Assembly: GCA_013239625.1 (NCBI GenBank)
Contig: MU056050.1
Location: forward strand, 2,590,084-2,654,083
Origin: Lama guanicoe
Lineage: Eukaryota
Length of the DNA stretch: 64,000 nt
Direction of reading: 5' to 3'
Positions 1 to 12,837 of the stretch are shown one piece after another. The translations under genes were made by a program, and so were the position numbers. Position 1 is the stretch's first letter. Every line of letters starts with the position of its first letter. The notes below the pieces were generated by a model. That model made no database searches. It worked only from the letters and a program-made list of their open reading frames with translations, and was not told the DNA's origin.

Positions 1-586
1 TTTCTATGAATTTGACTACTTTAGATACCTCATGTAAGTGGGTCATGCAGTATTTGTCTTTTTGTGACTAGCTGGCTTATTTCATTTACAGTAATGTCTT
101 GAAGGTTCATCAATGTCGTAGCACGTGAAAGGACTTCCTTGTTAAGGATGATATCCATTGTATGTATATGCCATATTTCATTTCTCCATTCAGCTGTTGA
201 TGGACATATGGGCTGCTTCCAACTCTTGGATGTTGTGAATAGTGCTGCTATGAATGTAGGTGTGCAAAGATCCCTTTGAGACCCAGCTGTCAAATATTGT
301 GGATATATACCTGCAAGTGGGGATTGCTTAATTATATGGCAGTTCTATTTAAAAATATTTTGAGGTACCTCCGTACTGTTTTCCATAGCAGTTGCACAAT
401 TTTACAGTCCTACCAACAGTGCACAAGTGTGAAATTTTCCCCACATTCTTGCAGACAGTTGTTGTTATGTCTTTTTTATTCTAGCTATCCCAAAGGGTGT
501 GAAGTATTTCATTGTAGTTTTCAATTTTTTGTTTTTATTTATTTTAAAAGAAACATTATGTGGAGACCACAAGGAACCACTGAAGG

Positions 587-710
587 TTTTTGTTTTGAGG
601 GAGGAGGTAATTAGGTTTATTTATTTATTTTTAATGGAGGTACTGGGGATTGAACCCAGGACCTCCTGCATGCTAATCATGCACTCTACCACTGAGTTGT
701 ATCCTCCCCT
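587..710 (-). mobile_element. tRNA-derived SINE (camelid-type, inferred)
   Basis: Reverse complement has A-box-like CAACTCAGTGG, B box GGTTCAATCCC, CAGTACCTCCA and a (TAAA)n tail; homologous to the copies at 2343 and 42966. Confidence 0.85.
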
Positions 711-2342
711 GATTTGGTTTTGATTCAAGTCCTTTGTCCATTTTTATTTGCATTTTTAATTTTTTTGTTGTTACAGGAATTCTTTACATATTCTAGTTGT
801 TAACCTCTTATCAGATATTGTTTGAAAATATTTTCTCTTATTCTGTAGGTTGCCTTTTCACTCTGTTGAATGTGTCCTTCGATGTGTAAAAGTTTTGATG
901 TCCTTTGATATGTAAAAGTTTTGATGTAGTCCCATTTGTGTGTGCTTTTGGTGTCATATCCAAGAAATCGTTGCAAAGTCCAGTGTTATGAAGCTTTTCC
1001 TCTATGTTTTCTTTTAAGAGTTTTATAGTTTTAGCTCTTAGATTTAGATCTTTAATCCATTTTGAATTAATTTTTGTATGTGGTGTGAGATAATGAATGG
1101 TCCAACTTCATTTTTTTTTGCTTGTGGATATCCAGTTTTCACAGCACCATTTTGTTTTTGAAGAAAAATCCCATTGAGTAGTCCTGGCACCCTTGTCAAA
1201 AATCATTTGAATGTGTATTCCAGGGTTTATTTCTGGCCTTTCCATTCTATTTTATTGGTCTTTATGTCTGTCTTTATGCCAATATTATACCTTTGTGATA
1301 TGTTTTGAAGTTAGGAAGTGTTTCCTCTAACTTTGTTCCCTTTTTCCTGAATTATTTTGATTATTTGGAGAACCTTGAATTTTTGTGATGAATTTTTCTA
1401 TTTCTGCAAAGAAAAAAAAAAGCTCTTGAGATTTTGGTAGAGATTGCTTTGAATCTGTAGATTGCTTTGGGTAGTACGGACATCTTAACAGTATTGAGCC
1501 ATCTAATCCCTGAATGTGGAGTGTCTTTCCATTTATTTGTGTATTCTTTAATTTCATTCAGCAGTGTTTTGTGATTTTCATTGTATAAGCCTTCCACTTC
1601 ATTAGTTACGTTTATTCCTAGGAATTTTATTCTTTTTAGTGCTATTGTAATGGAGTGGTTTTCTGAATTTCCTTTTTGGATTGTTGATTTTTAGTGTAGA
1701 GAAGCACAGCTCACTTTTGTGTGATGACTTTGCATCTGACACCTTTGCTGAATTTGTTTATTCTATCAGGTTTTTTTTTTTGGTGGGGGTGAAATTTTTA
1801 GGTTTTTTTACATGTAAGAACATACCATCTGTGAATAGAGAAAATTTTACTTCTTTCTGATATGGATGGATATTTCTTTTTCTTGCCTAATTGTTTTGGA
1901 TAGGATTTCCAATACCATGTTAAATAGAAGTGGAGGGAGGATGGCATCATTGCCTTGTTTCTGATCTTACAGGGAAAGCTTCTAGTCTTCATTCAGTATG
2001 ATACGGACTGTGGCCTTTTGTAAGTGTTCTTTATTATGTTGAGGTACTTCCTTCATTGTCTAGTTTGTTTAGTGTTTTTTTTATCATTTAAAGGTGTTGA
2101 ATCTTATCAAATGCTTTTTCTGTTATCAGTTGAGATGATTGGGGTGGGGTTTTTACTCTTCATTTTGTTAATACATTACAATGATTGATTTTTGAGTGCT
2201 GAACCAGCCTTGCATTCTGGGAATAAATCCTATTTTGGTCATGGTGTATAATATTTTTAATGTGCTGTTGAATTTGGCTTGCTAGTATTTTGTTGAGGAT
2301 TTTTATATAAGTGTTCATCAGTGATTTTGGTCTGTAGGGTTT

Positions 2343-2484
2343 TTAAAAAATTAATATTTTTTAATTTTAATTTTAATTAAAAACATTTTTTAATTTTTAT
2401 TTTTTTAGTGGAGGTACTGGAGATTGAACCCAGGACCTTGTGCATGCTAAGCTAAGCTTGCACTCTACCACTAAGCTATACCTC
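2343..2484 (-). mobile_element. tRNA-derived SINE with 15-bp TSD, inserted in L1
   Basis: TSD TGGTCTGTAGGGTTT at 2328-2342 and 2485-2499; A and B boxes on the minus strand; AT-rich tail. Confidence 0.9.
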
Positions 2485-5400
2485 TGGTCTGTAGGGTTTC
2501 TTTATAGTGTCTTTATCTGGCTTAAATTTAATTTTTTAAAAGTGATTTACATGTTTAATCTTTATTTAGGAAGACTTAAGTTTAGAATTAAAATAATTTT
2601 AGAGTACAACATATGTGTGACTCTCCTGTTATTGTCATTGTGTAGAATTACCAACCTTTTAAATTTGAAATAAGAAATGGAAAGTACCTGTACTGTTTTC
2701 ATAAGCCTCATTGTGAAAAAATGTTTGATTTCTGAACTTGAATATGAACATAATTCAAGCCTATGAATTGTGTACTATTCATGTTAGTAGGAAGGTTAGT
2801 GGTTTATTGAGTAGATGCTTATGCTAGATATTTTAGTAAGGTGTTACCTAATCAGAAGTGTAAGGTACAAAAATTTTAAATATGTAGCATGTATGTTGTG
2901 TTTTGTCATACTAAAATGAACAGAAATATTGTGCTTAGTGGTAGTAACTGCAATTCTAAATTTTAGATTAAAATTTCCCATGACCCTTAATAAATGGTTT
3001 ATTTTACACTTTGATTTTATTGTGTCTCAGGTATAATTGTATCTCCATCTTCATGTGAACCATTAATAAACACTCAAGATTTCGTTAGGTCCTCTTTACT
3101 GCCTTGAGTAAATAAATGTGAAGGTTTTTTGATACAGTCAACCCAAGAGTATATGAAATAAAAATCTGTGGATTTCCCTCAATCCATGCAGGATTATCCT
3201 GTATTTATCTACTTTGCTATGAAATCTGTCTTGATAATCTGCTATTGCTTGAAATCTGCCAGTGAACCAGTGGTGCCCAGTATGAAATGGGTTTGATGGT
3301 AATAATGCACTGTGCTTGTATCATACTGTATACTATTTGCGAGTGTTAACATGTGAAATTAGCTTGTTGTAAATTTGATTTTCAGATCTAGATATTCTTT
3401 TACACCAGGTAATTTGGTCTCACCTCTGAAATGTTGAAAGCCACTACACCCAGTAGTAATTACTGCTGTTTACTCATGATGTCTTAACATACAGAAAGTT
3501 AGGTCAGTGGAGCACATATGTATTTCAAATTAGTGCAGAAAGCTAAATGCAGAGTATGATATTCCAGTATAAGTGAGATGAAGAGTGAACATTGACAGTG
3601 CTTTAAAAAATGATTCTTATAGTTTAGCTGTGACTCTGGCAGACTGAGGTATGATTTTTTAAGGTGGTAGTATATGATAAAACAAATAGTTACCTGTTCT
3701 GATACTTACCTTGGGATAGGTATGATAGTTGACATATAATGTCTAGTCAACTGCAGCTTGTTAAGGCAAACTGGGAAATTAGCAGGCTTGGAATTAGATA
3801 GCTGATGTATGTCCACTCCTATATTAGGTATGATACGGTATCCAGTGTCTAGCAGCAGTCAGTGCCACTATGGTAGACAGATGAGAAGACAGTATTGTGT
3901 CATTTAGATTAGGGCAACTGGGGGAGACACAGGGAGACTGTTTTTAGAATGGGTTTAGGGGCAGGATTCCAGCTCCTGGGAAGGGGCTGGTAGATATATT
4001 ATAGCAAGAACAAGGCAGGATATTGATCATTGGATGATTCAGGCATAGGGTACAATTGAGTACAGAGTGATAGAGTAGTGGGTCTGCAGGAATAAGGCAG
4101 AAGCCTTTTCTTATCCCCCACCTCCCCCTGTAGCACTCATTTGTTCTGAAGTTGATGATGGCGTGCTAGATTTTCTACAGAAATCAGAACTGATGGTCAA
4201 GAACTGGGGCAGGCTGAGTATGTAGGTTGGGCTAGGTGATCCTAATTGTGGTTAGAACTTGAGTCACAAATGGAAAGTATTGGGGAATGTGGGTGGACAA
4301 GGAAATGAGGAAGATTGCTGAACATCTACTATCCTACTCTTAAAAATAGGAGGGGAACAGGTGGATGTTTCCAGTTCTTTCTGGCTTTAGTTTCTGGCAG
4401 TGTATAGTGATGCCAAATCTATGTAGACTATGCCCCAGCTTGCTCCCTCCCCTCTTCCTGAAAGTAAAAGTTGTTTTTGAAGTATTGTGGCATTAGGTTT
4501 GTTTACTTTATCTACTTAGTTATTTTAGGAAGTTTTTTTTTTGTTTTTTGTCTTGTTCTGTTTTTTACTTTTGGCCTCCCCCCTCCTTTCTGTGTATTAA
4601 TTTTTAAGTTTGTAAGGGCAGATACTTGAGCTTTAGTTAGGAAATGTAGACAGGATCATTAATTCTCTTATGTATTCAGATTTCTTCCAGTTATACCTTC
4701 TCCAGATATCCTCCTCCTGCACTAGAGCAGCAGGTTCTACCTTTAGAAATTCTTTAGTTCTCTTTCCCAGTTTACGGAAAAGAAAATATATTTGTAAATG
4801 ATATATGTGGTACTTGTGATGTGAGTATGCCATCAAGAAACGTTTAGGTGAAAATTTTGTTACTGGCCTGAGTATTACATGATCATTGCTTGATTTGTCA
4901 TTCTTTTCACCCTGTCACTTAGTCAGAAGACTATAGAAATAAACTGGGGGAAGAAAAATACCTTTTTGAGCAAGGAGAAATCTTTTTTAAAGGTTACCAA
5001 TCATCAAAGGAGCAATAGATTTCCTTCTTTTGAAGGTAGTTATTTATGTCTGATTTAATTTTTTTGGTGAGTTTTTCATTCTTGTCCTTTGTACTCAAAG
5101 TTGCCATGTATCATTTGACATAAGGAATGACAGCAACTTTCCTGTTTTCATTAACTATACTAATGCAGGAGCTAGTCTACTTTCTAACATTCACAATCTC
5201 ATCTTAAATGACAGACTTCTGTCTGCTGTCTCCTAAGAAAGTAGATAAGCCGATAAAAGGAACATACCTTTGGGTCTTGTCAGGAGATCTTATGAAAGTT
5301 TCTGTTTCCTGCTAATCTTGTAGGTGAGCATAATAAAGATAGTTTTATGATAGAACTCAAAGTTTTTTGTGGGTTTCTTTTTGTAGATGCATATAACTTT

Positions 5401-5780
5401 ATGAGATTTCATACCTGAAATATGAGTAAATCAGATTTTAGCAGCAGAGATAGTTTTGTAATTCCTCAGTTCAGCTATTTAGAGAAGATGTTGAAAAGAA
5501 ATTCCACCCTCATAATTTACTTTTTTTATACTAACAATAAGATTGTAATTAAAAATTTAAAAATCACCCACATTTTCTCCATCACGATAACTGTTTTCTT
5601 TTGCTTCTTTTTTTGGTGAATATTGTATCCTAATATAAGGCTTTTAACTTAAACTTTACCTATTTTGCTATACAGTTGTCATAAGTAGTTTTGCTACACA
5701 GTCATCATAAGTAGTTTCAGTGTATGAATTTTAATTACATTTGTACCATAAGTTAATATGTGGCGGGACATTTAAATAGT

Positions 5781-5915
5781 TATTTATTTATTTATTTTAA
5801 AATTGAAGTATAGTCGATTTACAATGTTGTGTTAAGTTTCCAGTGTACAGCATAGTGGTTCAGTCATGTCATATATATATATTCAGTCACCATATATATA
5901 TATATATATATTCAT
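5781..5915 (-). mobile_element. Short L1 3'-end fragment with (TA)n
   Basis: ttgaagtatagtcgatttacaatgttgtg...gtgtacagcatagtg, a typical antisense L1 3' terminus. Confidence 0.7.
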
Positions 5916-8021
5916 TTTCCTCTTCCTTTTTAAGTGTTTGTATTATAATGATGGTGGTATTCCAGAAGAGTATGTACATTTCCGAGATGTGATCCTCATA
6001 GATACAAGAATATAACCCTTTTGGGAGGGGTGTTAAGATAAGGGGGTGTCATGTGGTGTATGTGCTGAGTTTGCTAGCTTTTAGGAGTTGGATATTTCTG
6101 CATTTTTAGGGAAAGGATTAATACACCAACTACTTTAAGTGCTCTCCCCCACTCCCCAATAACACGTAGGTTCTGAGGGACTTTGTTATTAATAGCTCTG
6201 TTTTGTAGCTTTTTTATTTTCTATCTTGAGACCACTTGGGATTGAAACAATCATTCTTTTGTAAAAAGAAATCAGAATTACTTTAAGATTTTTAAACAAT
6301 ATTAAAGAAAATCGGGTTTTTTTGTGTGTGTGTTTACTTTTTCCTGGGAGGATAATTTTAATCAATTAAGTCATTTGGAGTTAAGAATACAAGCATAATT
6401 ATATATATTTAATATATATTTGTGTTTATATGCTACATAGTAGGTGTCCAGCAGGTTTTCAGACGTGGAGGAAGAAAGTTTTTTTGTTATTGAATTAATT
6501 TAACTTGGGATCTAAACTGAGTAACAGGTCCTAAACGTATTTATTATAGATCACTTGAAAAAGTTATGGTGATCAACTTTCAGCTTTTAGATCTGTTTAC
6601 ATCAGGAGTACTGCTGAGAGTGTTTACTTGAATTTAACATATAGAATTAAAAATATATAACCACTTATTACTTTTTAATCCAATAATTATATAATGAATG
6701 TATTTAACAAATCTTTAATGGCAGTGTATTATATACACTTGAGCCTAAGGAAGTGGTTTTACTTTAAAGTATATTATTCAAGCTATCAACAAATGTGTTT
6801 GCTTAGTTTTAAGTAAGGAGAAACAGAAGCTAGTTGTTATTGAAAATATTTCTTCCCAAGAAGAAAATAGTGATTGAGAGTTAAAGTAAATTTCATTTCT
6901 ATGCTTTATCCTCCAAAGCTGTTGGAATGTTAATTCTTTTATAGTAGTTATAGAAAATTGGTACATATGCTAAAAATCTCAGAGTTTTTCCTTGACACTA
7001 GGTGAGAGCTCCACCTTGTGATCTTTGAGCATATTTTTTTTAAAAATTAATAACCTACAGTACGCCAGAAATGGTGTGGTGAGTTAGATTATTAAACTTA
7101 CACTTTTATTTGAGCATTATGTATTCTTAGTTTTGGGTTTCCCAACTTAGGTCAAATGGTGTTAAGTAAATTTAAAGCCCTCGTTTGGTAATTTTTTAAT
7201 GAAAACCCTTTGGGGAAGCAAATTGTATTTGTATATAGCTGTAAACATTTAAAATAAAAAGGGAAAAATTCTCAGTTCTTCCTGCAGATAAAATTTATAT
7301 TCTTAAAGAAAAAAAACAATGCTAACTTACCCATTATTTCTCTCCTTTAAATTACAAAGCAGCTTCAATGTATATAACTCTTTTGAGCTATGAAGAACTG
7401 TTTTGGTGGCAAATTAGTTACTTAGAGAATGATTACAATAGTAAAACCTCAAGACACATGGAATTTAATACTATGTTTAATAATAGGTGGCAGTAGAGAT
7501 AGATGCTTTCTCTTAGAAATAAATTTATTTTCACATTTATTGTTACAGGTAGTTCTATAAGGGCAAGCATCATTGCCCTCCTGTTCACCACTGTATGTCC
7601 AGTGCCCACCACTGCATTTGGCACATGGTAGATACTGTTAGTTGGTTGGATGGATTTTTAATATTGATAAACTTTTAAAAACAGATGTTTCACTAGGATA
7701 GAGAGTTGGCTAGTTTAGTTTAATAATTTTTTCTTAATCTATCAGACTCTGTCACGGTATTTCTTTTTAAAATATAGGCACCTTGTCTGGGAGACTTACA
7801 TCTTCGTAAATTGTTTTTCTTTTGTGTTTGCTTTGGTTTCTAAATTACCAAATACATACTAGTATAACCTTATAGTGAGCAAAATAATTTGACTTGGCAA
7901 GACTTCTTGTACACTAGAAATTAGTTCTGTGCTACTTAGAGGAATGTAGTTTATCACACAGTACCTATTTTATTTAGTGCTTTCTGCTTTTCAGAGCTGA
8001 TTCATTCTTTATGTCCCTTAG

Positions 8022-8082
8022 GAGAATCCATTTATGAACTATCTTTAAAGTCTGCTTAAAAACTGTATATTTAAGAAATGCA
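8022..8082 (+). other. STAG2: Probable non-coding 5'UTR exon (exon 2) of STAG2
   Basis: Acceptor ttctttatgtcccttag|G at 8021 (alternative tttctgcttttcag at 7994); candidate donor GCA|GCAAGT at 8083; lies about 1.1 kb upstream of the ATG exon, similar to my recollection of human exon 2. Confidence 0.5.
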
Positions 8083-9201
8083 GCAAGTTTGGTTTTATAA
8101 AATGCTTAGAGAGAAGGGGCAGAGAGGAGTAGCTTAATTAGAGTGAGCAAGGAAGTGCAGTGTTTTGAACTTTTTTATTTTAATTACATATTAGTGGACA
8201 TTTATGATGCTTTTTAGAGAGTTAAAATTAATGGAAAAATTAAAATGATCAGTTTCTTGTATAATGTCTATGCTGGAAGAGATCATTAGAGAAGTTCATC
8301 AGTAGGTGACATTTGAACATTTATTATTAATTGGATATGTTTAGTCTTTAGGTGGCTACCAAATACTAGATTCACTTGGAAATAAAATAAAATTATAAAG
8401 TTAAGAGCTTCAGACCCAGCCTATTTTCTTTTTTGTTATAAATTTGTCATTTGCTTTTAGATCACTCTCTTGTTTAGGAACTACATCTGTGACTTTCAAA
8501 ACTAGAAATAATACCCTTCCTTTGGCCAAACTTAAACTTCGATCACAAATGGCATTTGTCTCTTGTCCATATGACATTATTTGTATTTAAGTTGATTGGA
8601 AGTTCCTTGAGGGAATAGTTAAAAACTAAGATTCCCCCCCCCTTCCTGTTCAATGCAGATGTATTATTATGAAGTAGTTATTTATTAATAATAAACCAGG
8701 TTTTGGACTGTATGTTTTTTCTATGGTTGAAGAACCCATTTTTAAAATGTTTTAAAATTGTATCAGATTTTTTTATTAGCTCCTTTTAACTGTACTGTAC
8801 ATCATCAGCAGAAAGGTATAGAATTTTCAGGCATCTTGTATTATGGTTTAAACTTGTCAAAGATTTTAGGACGAGTGAAAGAGTCACATTCTGTTCCTAG
8901 TTAGGGTATCTGTCTTTTAAAGCCAGGCTAGAGAATCATGACAAATTTTAGAAAATAATTGTAATAAAAGGTTCTTTCCTAGTAACTGTTGTTACTATTG
9001 TGGGGCTATAACAGTTATAACAAATTCATATCTAGAAAAAGCAGTCAGATCCTTTTTGACTGCTTTTCTTCGAAAGAAATCCTTATTTACTAAAACACAT
9101 TAGCAGGCACTTGGAAATTTAGTTTTTGAGTAGATAGATACCCTTCCCGATATTTTTGGTGTGTTCATAATAAATACGGCATCCTCCCTCCCCTTTTAAA
9201 G

Positions 9202-9301
9202 GAATTGTCTGTCTTAGAAGAAAGAAGCAAACCATCATTTTGCCCACGTAAATATATGAATGTATTTCTGACTTTGGGGCGTTCCAGAAGATGATAAAGA
9301 A
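9202..9301 (+). other. STAG2: 5'UTR part of start-codon exon (exon 3)
   Basis: Pyrimidine tract cctccctccccttttaaag| ending at 9201; contains three upstream ATGs. Confidence 0.75.
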
Positions 9302-9345
9302 ATGATAGCAGCTCCAGAAATACCAACTGATTTTAATCTACTTCA
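9302..9345 (+). CDS. STAG2: STAG2 exon 3 coding part, MIAAPEIPTDFNLL(Q)
   Basis: ATG at 9302; donor CA|GTAAGT; 44 nt. Confidence 0.97.
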
Positions 9346-11739
9346 GTAAGTATACTATGATAATTTCTAAATACTTGTTTTTTCCACAGAATGGGAAATG
9401 TATTAACTTCCGTTAAAGTTGCTTCTGCTTGAGAAGATCTAATATTTCAGTATAAGATAGCATTGCATACTTTGAAACAGTTTATATCAATGCTTATTGG
9501 GCTCTGTAACAGTAATTCCATGCTTTTTATACAGTACATTTAAGTTTATTTTTTAATTTAGATACTGTAAAATTTATTATTTTTGCTCTTCAGTTCTTTG
9601 AGTCCATACTTGGTTTTACAGTAGCAACTGTTTTGAGGGAATATCATGAAATTCTTAAAATGGGAAGTGTTCTCATTAGTAAGGAATATATACCAGGCAG
9701 TAATATTTAGGATGTAATGTCAGATTTCTGTTATAAAATTAAATGATAGGCTAAAACAAACATAGGAGGGTAGGATGTGCTTTCCATGTTTTTTTCAGAA
9801 ACAAATGACATGCTCGTTTGTCCATAAAGTCACTTCAAAGAAAGTATTTCCTTTAAGCCTTATCTTAAAAGCTATACGTACTCTTTATTCAACTTTTATT
9901 CTAATTACTCTTTGGTGTTGATATAAGAAAGAATTTGAGCTACTGTATATGCAGTGGTGATTTTTATGCTAAGCTCCAGCTTCGTTAGGTGCCTAAGTGA
10001 AAACTTAACCCTTAAACTGCCCATGGACCCCTTTAACTTTACACATATGTACACCACACTATAATTGTTATTAGACTCTTTGTAAGACTTGATGTAAAAA
10101 CAATCTGGTTGCTGAAAATTTTGAAAACAACAGATACCCTTGTACATAGTGGTGGCCAGTGTCTGCTTTTGATGTTATATGAATTTTCATTTTAAAAATA
10201 CTTCTATATTCAGACTATTAAGGGTCTGCTGGGATATTGCCAATATTTCAAAGTATGAGTTTTAATGTGATTTTAATCCCAGTTTATATTGATTCTGTTT
10301 TAAGATTCTTGAAAATTTCTTGGCTTTGTTTTTGTTTGTTTGAAGGAGGCTATGGGATCATCTGAGAAAAAGAGTAATTTTTGATTTGACTATTATAAAG
10401 TTGTGAAATTCCTCAAATACATTAATACATTAGAGACAATTAAAAAGATTTGTATTATAGACTGTTGACTATTAGAATAGATCAAGTAATTAGGGTCTGA
10501 AGTAGGATAACAGAAAAGAGGGAATTGATGTTGTGGAGATAGATAGCATTTGATTGGGTATGTGAGTAGGGGCCAGGTAAAGAAAAAGGAGTGGAAGATT
10601 CAGTCATGTGATAGATGACTTGAAGTTTCAAGCCACTTTTAGGTTAACATAGTAATGGTCTATAAACATTTTAGCTTGTATTATTTCACCTAGGATAGGT
10701 TTTTGTTGTTCTTTTGACTTTAAAAATAGAAGAAAGCATTGGAGACTCACAAGAATAATTTCTTTGGTTGGGAATATTTTAGACTAATTCTGATTACTCC
10801 AGTTTTCTTCAGGAGGTTTTCCAGTTAATAATTAAACCTGTAGTGGCTTATTGTTTTAGTTGGGATAGCCTGGAGATGAGGATTAAGCATGTGTTGAGCC
10901 TTTGATTGCTCTGCGGCCATTGGAATATTGGCAAAGACTAGTAAGTGCAGACTTAGAGCATTTACTGAGCTCTTTAGGAGAGCTGGTATCCCACAGATGT
11001 CTTATTTATACATCAAGTTGTTTAAAAACATTTTCAGTCTTTTTAACAAGGCCATATAGACACTTGGGAAGATTATTGATAACAGTCTTTTTAAGATGTA
11101 AGAGGCATGAATTTCAGGGTTAATATTAAGCAGTCATTCAGTTTTTGGTGCATTAACTCTGGGAGATGATGTTATTACAGGCTCTTTCCTCGCAACATTA
11201 TAGGACATAGTTAGGATTGCCATTATCTTCAATACATTGTTTAAATAACTTTGTAGGTAAGTGGTATAAAAAATAACTTTTTTCCCTGCCAGCATCTTAA
11301 CCATTACGTTAATTTTATAAAGTATTCCTACCTCACAGCCTCTGGACAACTGGTTATTATAGAAAAAAAAAAGGAAATAGAAGAAATCTAGTTAGAGAAG
11401 ACTAGCTTTAGAAACATAGCCTTTCACTTTGATTCTGTTTATTTTAAACAAAACTGATACTAGGTTTACACATTTAAAATGGTAAAACCTCTATCTTTTA
11501 TGTGTGTGGTTCAATTTCAAATGCCAAATATGCCTTGCTTTAAGCATTTAAATGTGGGTATGTTATTACTATTTAGATAGATATGTTTACATATATAAGA
11601 AGCATCACACATGCATATTTAAATTAGTCTACTTCCTTATGCCCAAGAAAATCCAAATTATACAACGCACTCCTACTCCAAAGTGAGGGATAGTTTCTTA
11701 GAACTGTAAGTTTACATTTTAGAGATTAAAGAGACTTTA

Positions 11740-11994
11740 TGTGGTTGCCAAGGGGGAGGGGGGTAGGAAGGGACAGACTGGGAGTTTAAAATTTGTAGAT
11801 ACTGACAGGCATATGTAGAATAGATAAACAAGATTATACTGTATAGCATAGGGAAACATATACAAGATCTTGTAGCTCACAGTGAAAAAATGCGACAATG
11901 AATATATGTATGTTCATGTATAATTGAAAAATTATGCTCTACACTGGAAAATGATACAACATTGTAAACTGATTATAACTCAATAATAAAAAAA
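11740..11994 (+). mobile_element. 5'-truncated L1 3' end with 12-bp TSD
   Basis: G-rich tract, AATAAA and A tail; TSD AAAGAGACTTTA at 11728-11739 and 11992-12003. Confidence 0.88.
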
Positions 11995-12642
11995 GAGACT
12001 TTAGAGATTACATTCTTTCTTGCATAAACATTGTTTATAGATGAGAAGATTGAGAGACTGTCAGTTCAAGACCACACAGTTTCTTAGTACAGCTCTAGAA
12101 CCAGTTCTCTTGACTATGGCTCACTGCCTCTTTACTTCATAAAGGATCTTGATCAATTAACACACTTCCCCACTGTATCTCAAATGGTTTGTTTGTAACA
12201 ATGTTTTCTACATATTCTTTCAGAAACACGTTTTCTACAGTTACCCTCAGGTTTATAAATGTTTTTTGAGTGATGTAGTAGAGGTCATAGGATCCTTAAC
12301 ATTGCTAAAATTCCCTAATAAAGATTATCCAGTATCTAGTGCAAAAACCCAGTTTCCCCTGTACACCATAGTCTTTGAATCAGAAAATGAAACCAGCCAT
12401 TCCAGTAGAACACCACAGTTCCTAGGGTTAAAAATTTTGAGAGCCCTTGGTTTCGTTTTTATGCTTTAGTTAAAAGTTAATAAAAAAATGTTTAGACATT
12501 TGTGTTTTAGTTTATTGTTTTTGTGTTATGTAACCTTATATGTTTGGTAATGTGCTATGGTATGATGCTTTGGGAAAGCATCTTAATTACATTTAAATCT
12601 AATACAGAATTTTGTAATGAGTTAACCAAGCCTTCCTTGTAG

Positions 12643-12837
<195 letters not shown>

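Larger units (their letters stand above)
1..2520 (-). mobile_element. Degenerate LINE-1 (3' portion of ORF2 and 3' end), interrupted by SINEs; boundaries approximate
   Basis: Minus-strand fragments LCTPTFIAALFTTSKSWKQPICPST and LYNENHKTLLNEIKEYTNKWKDTPHS...VKMSVLPKAIYRF are typical of L1 ORF2; many stops and frameshifts. Confidence 0.93.

Noticed and set aside
30..1992. Minus-strand ORFs resembling a reverse-transcriptase element protein
   Set aside because: Short frameshifted remnants of L1 ORF2; not an intact gene
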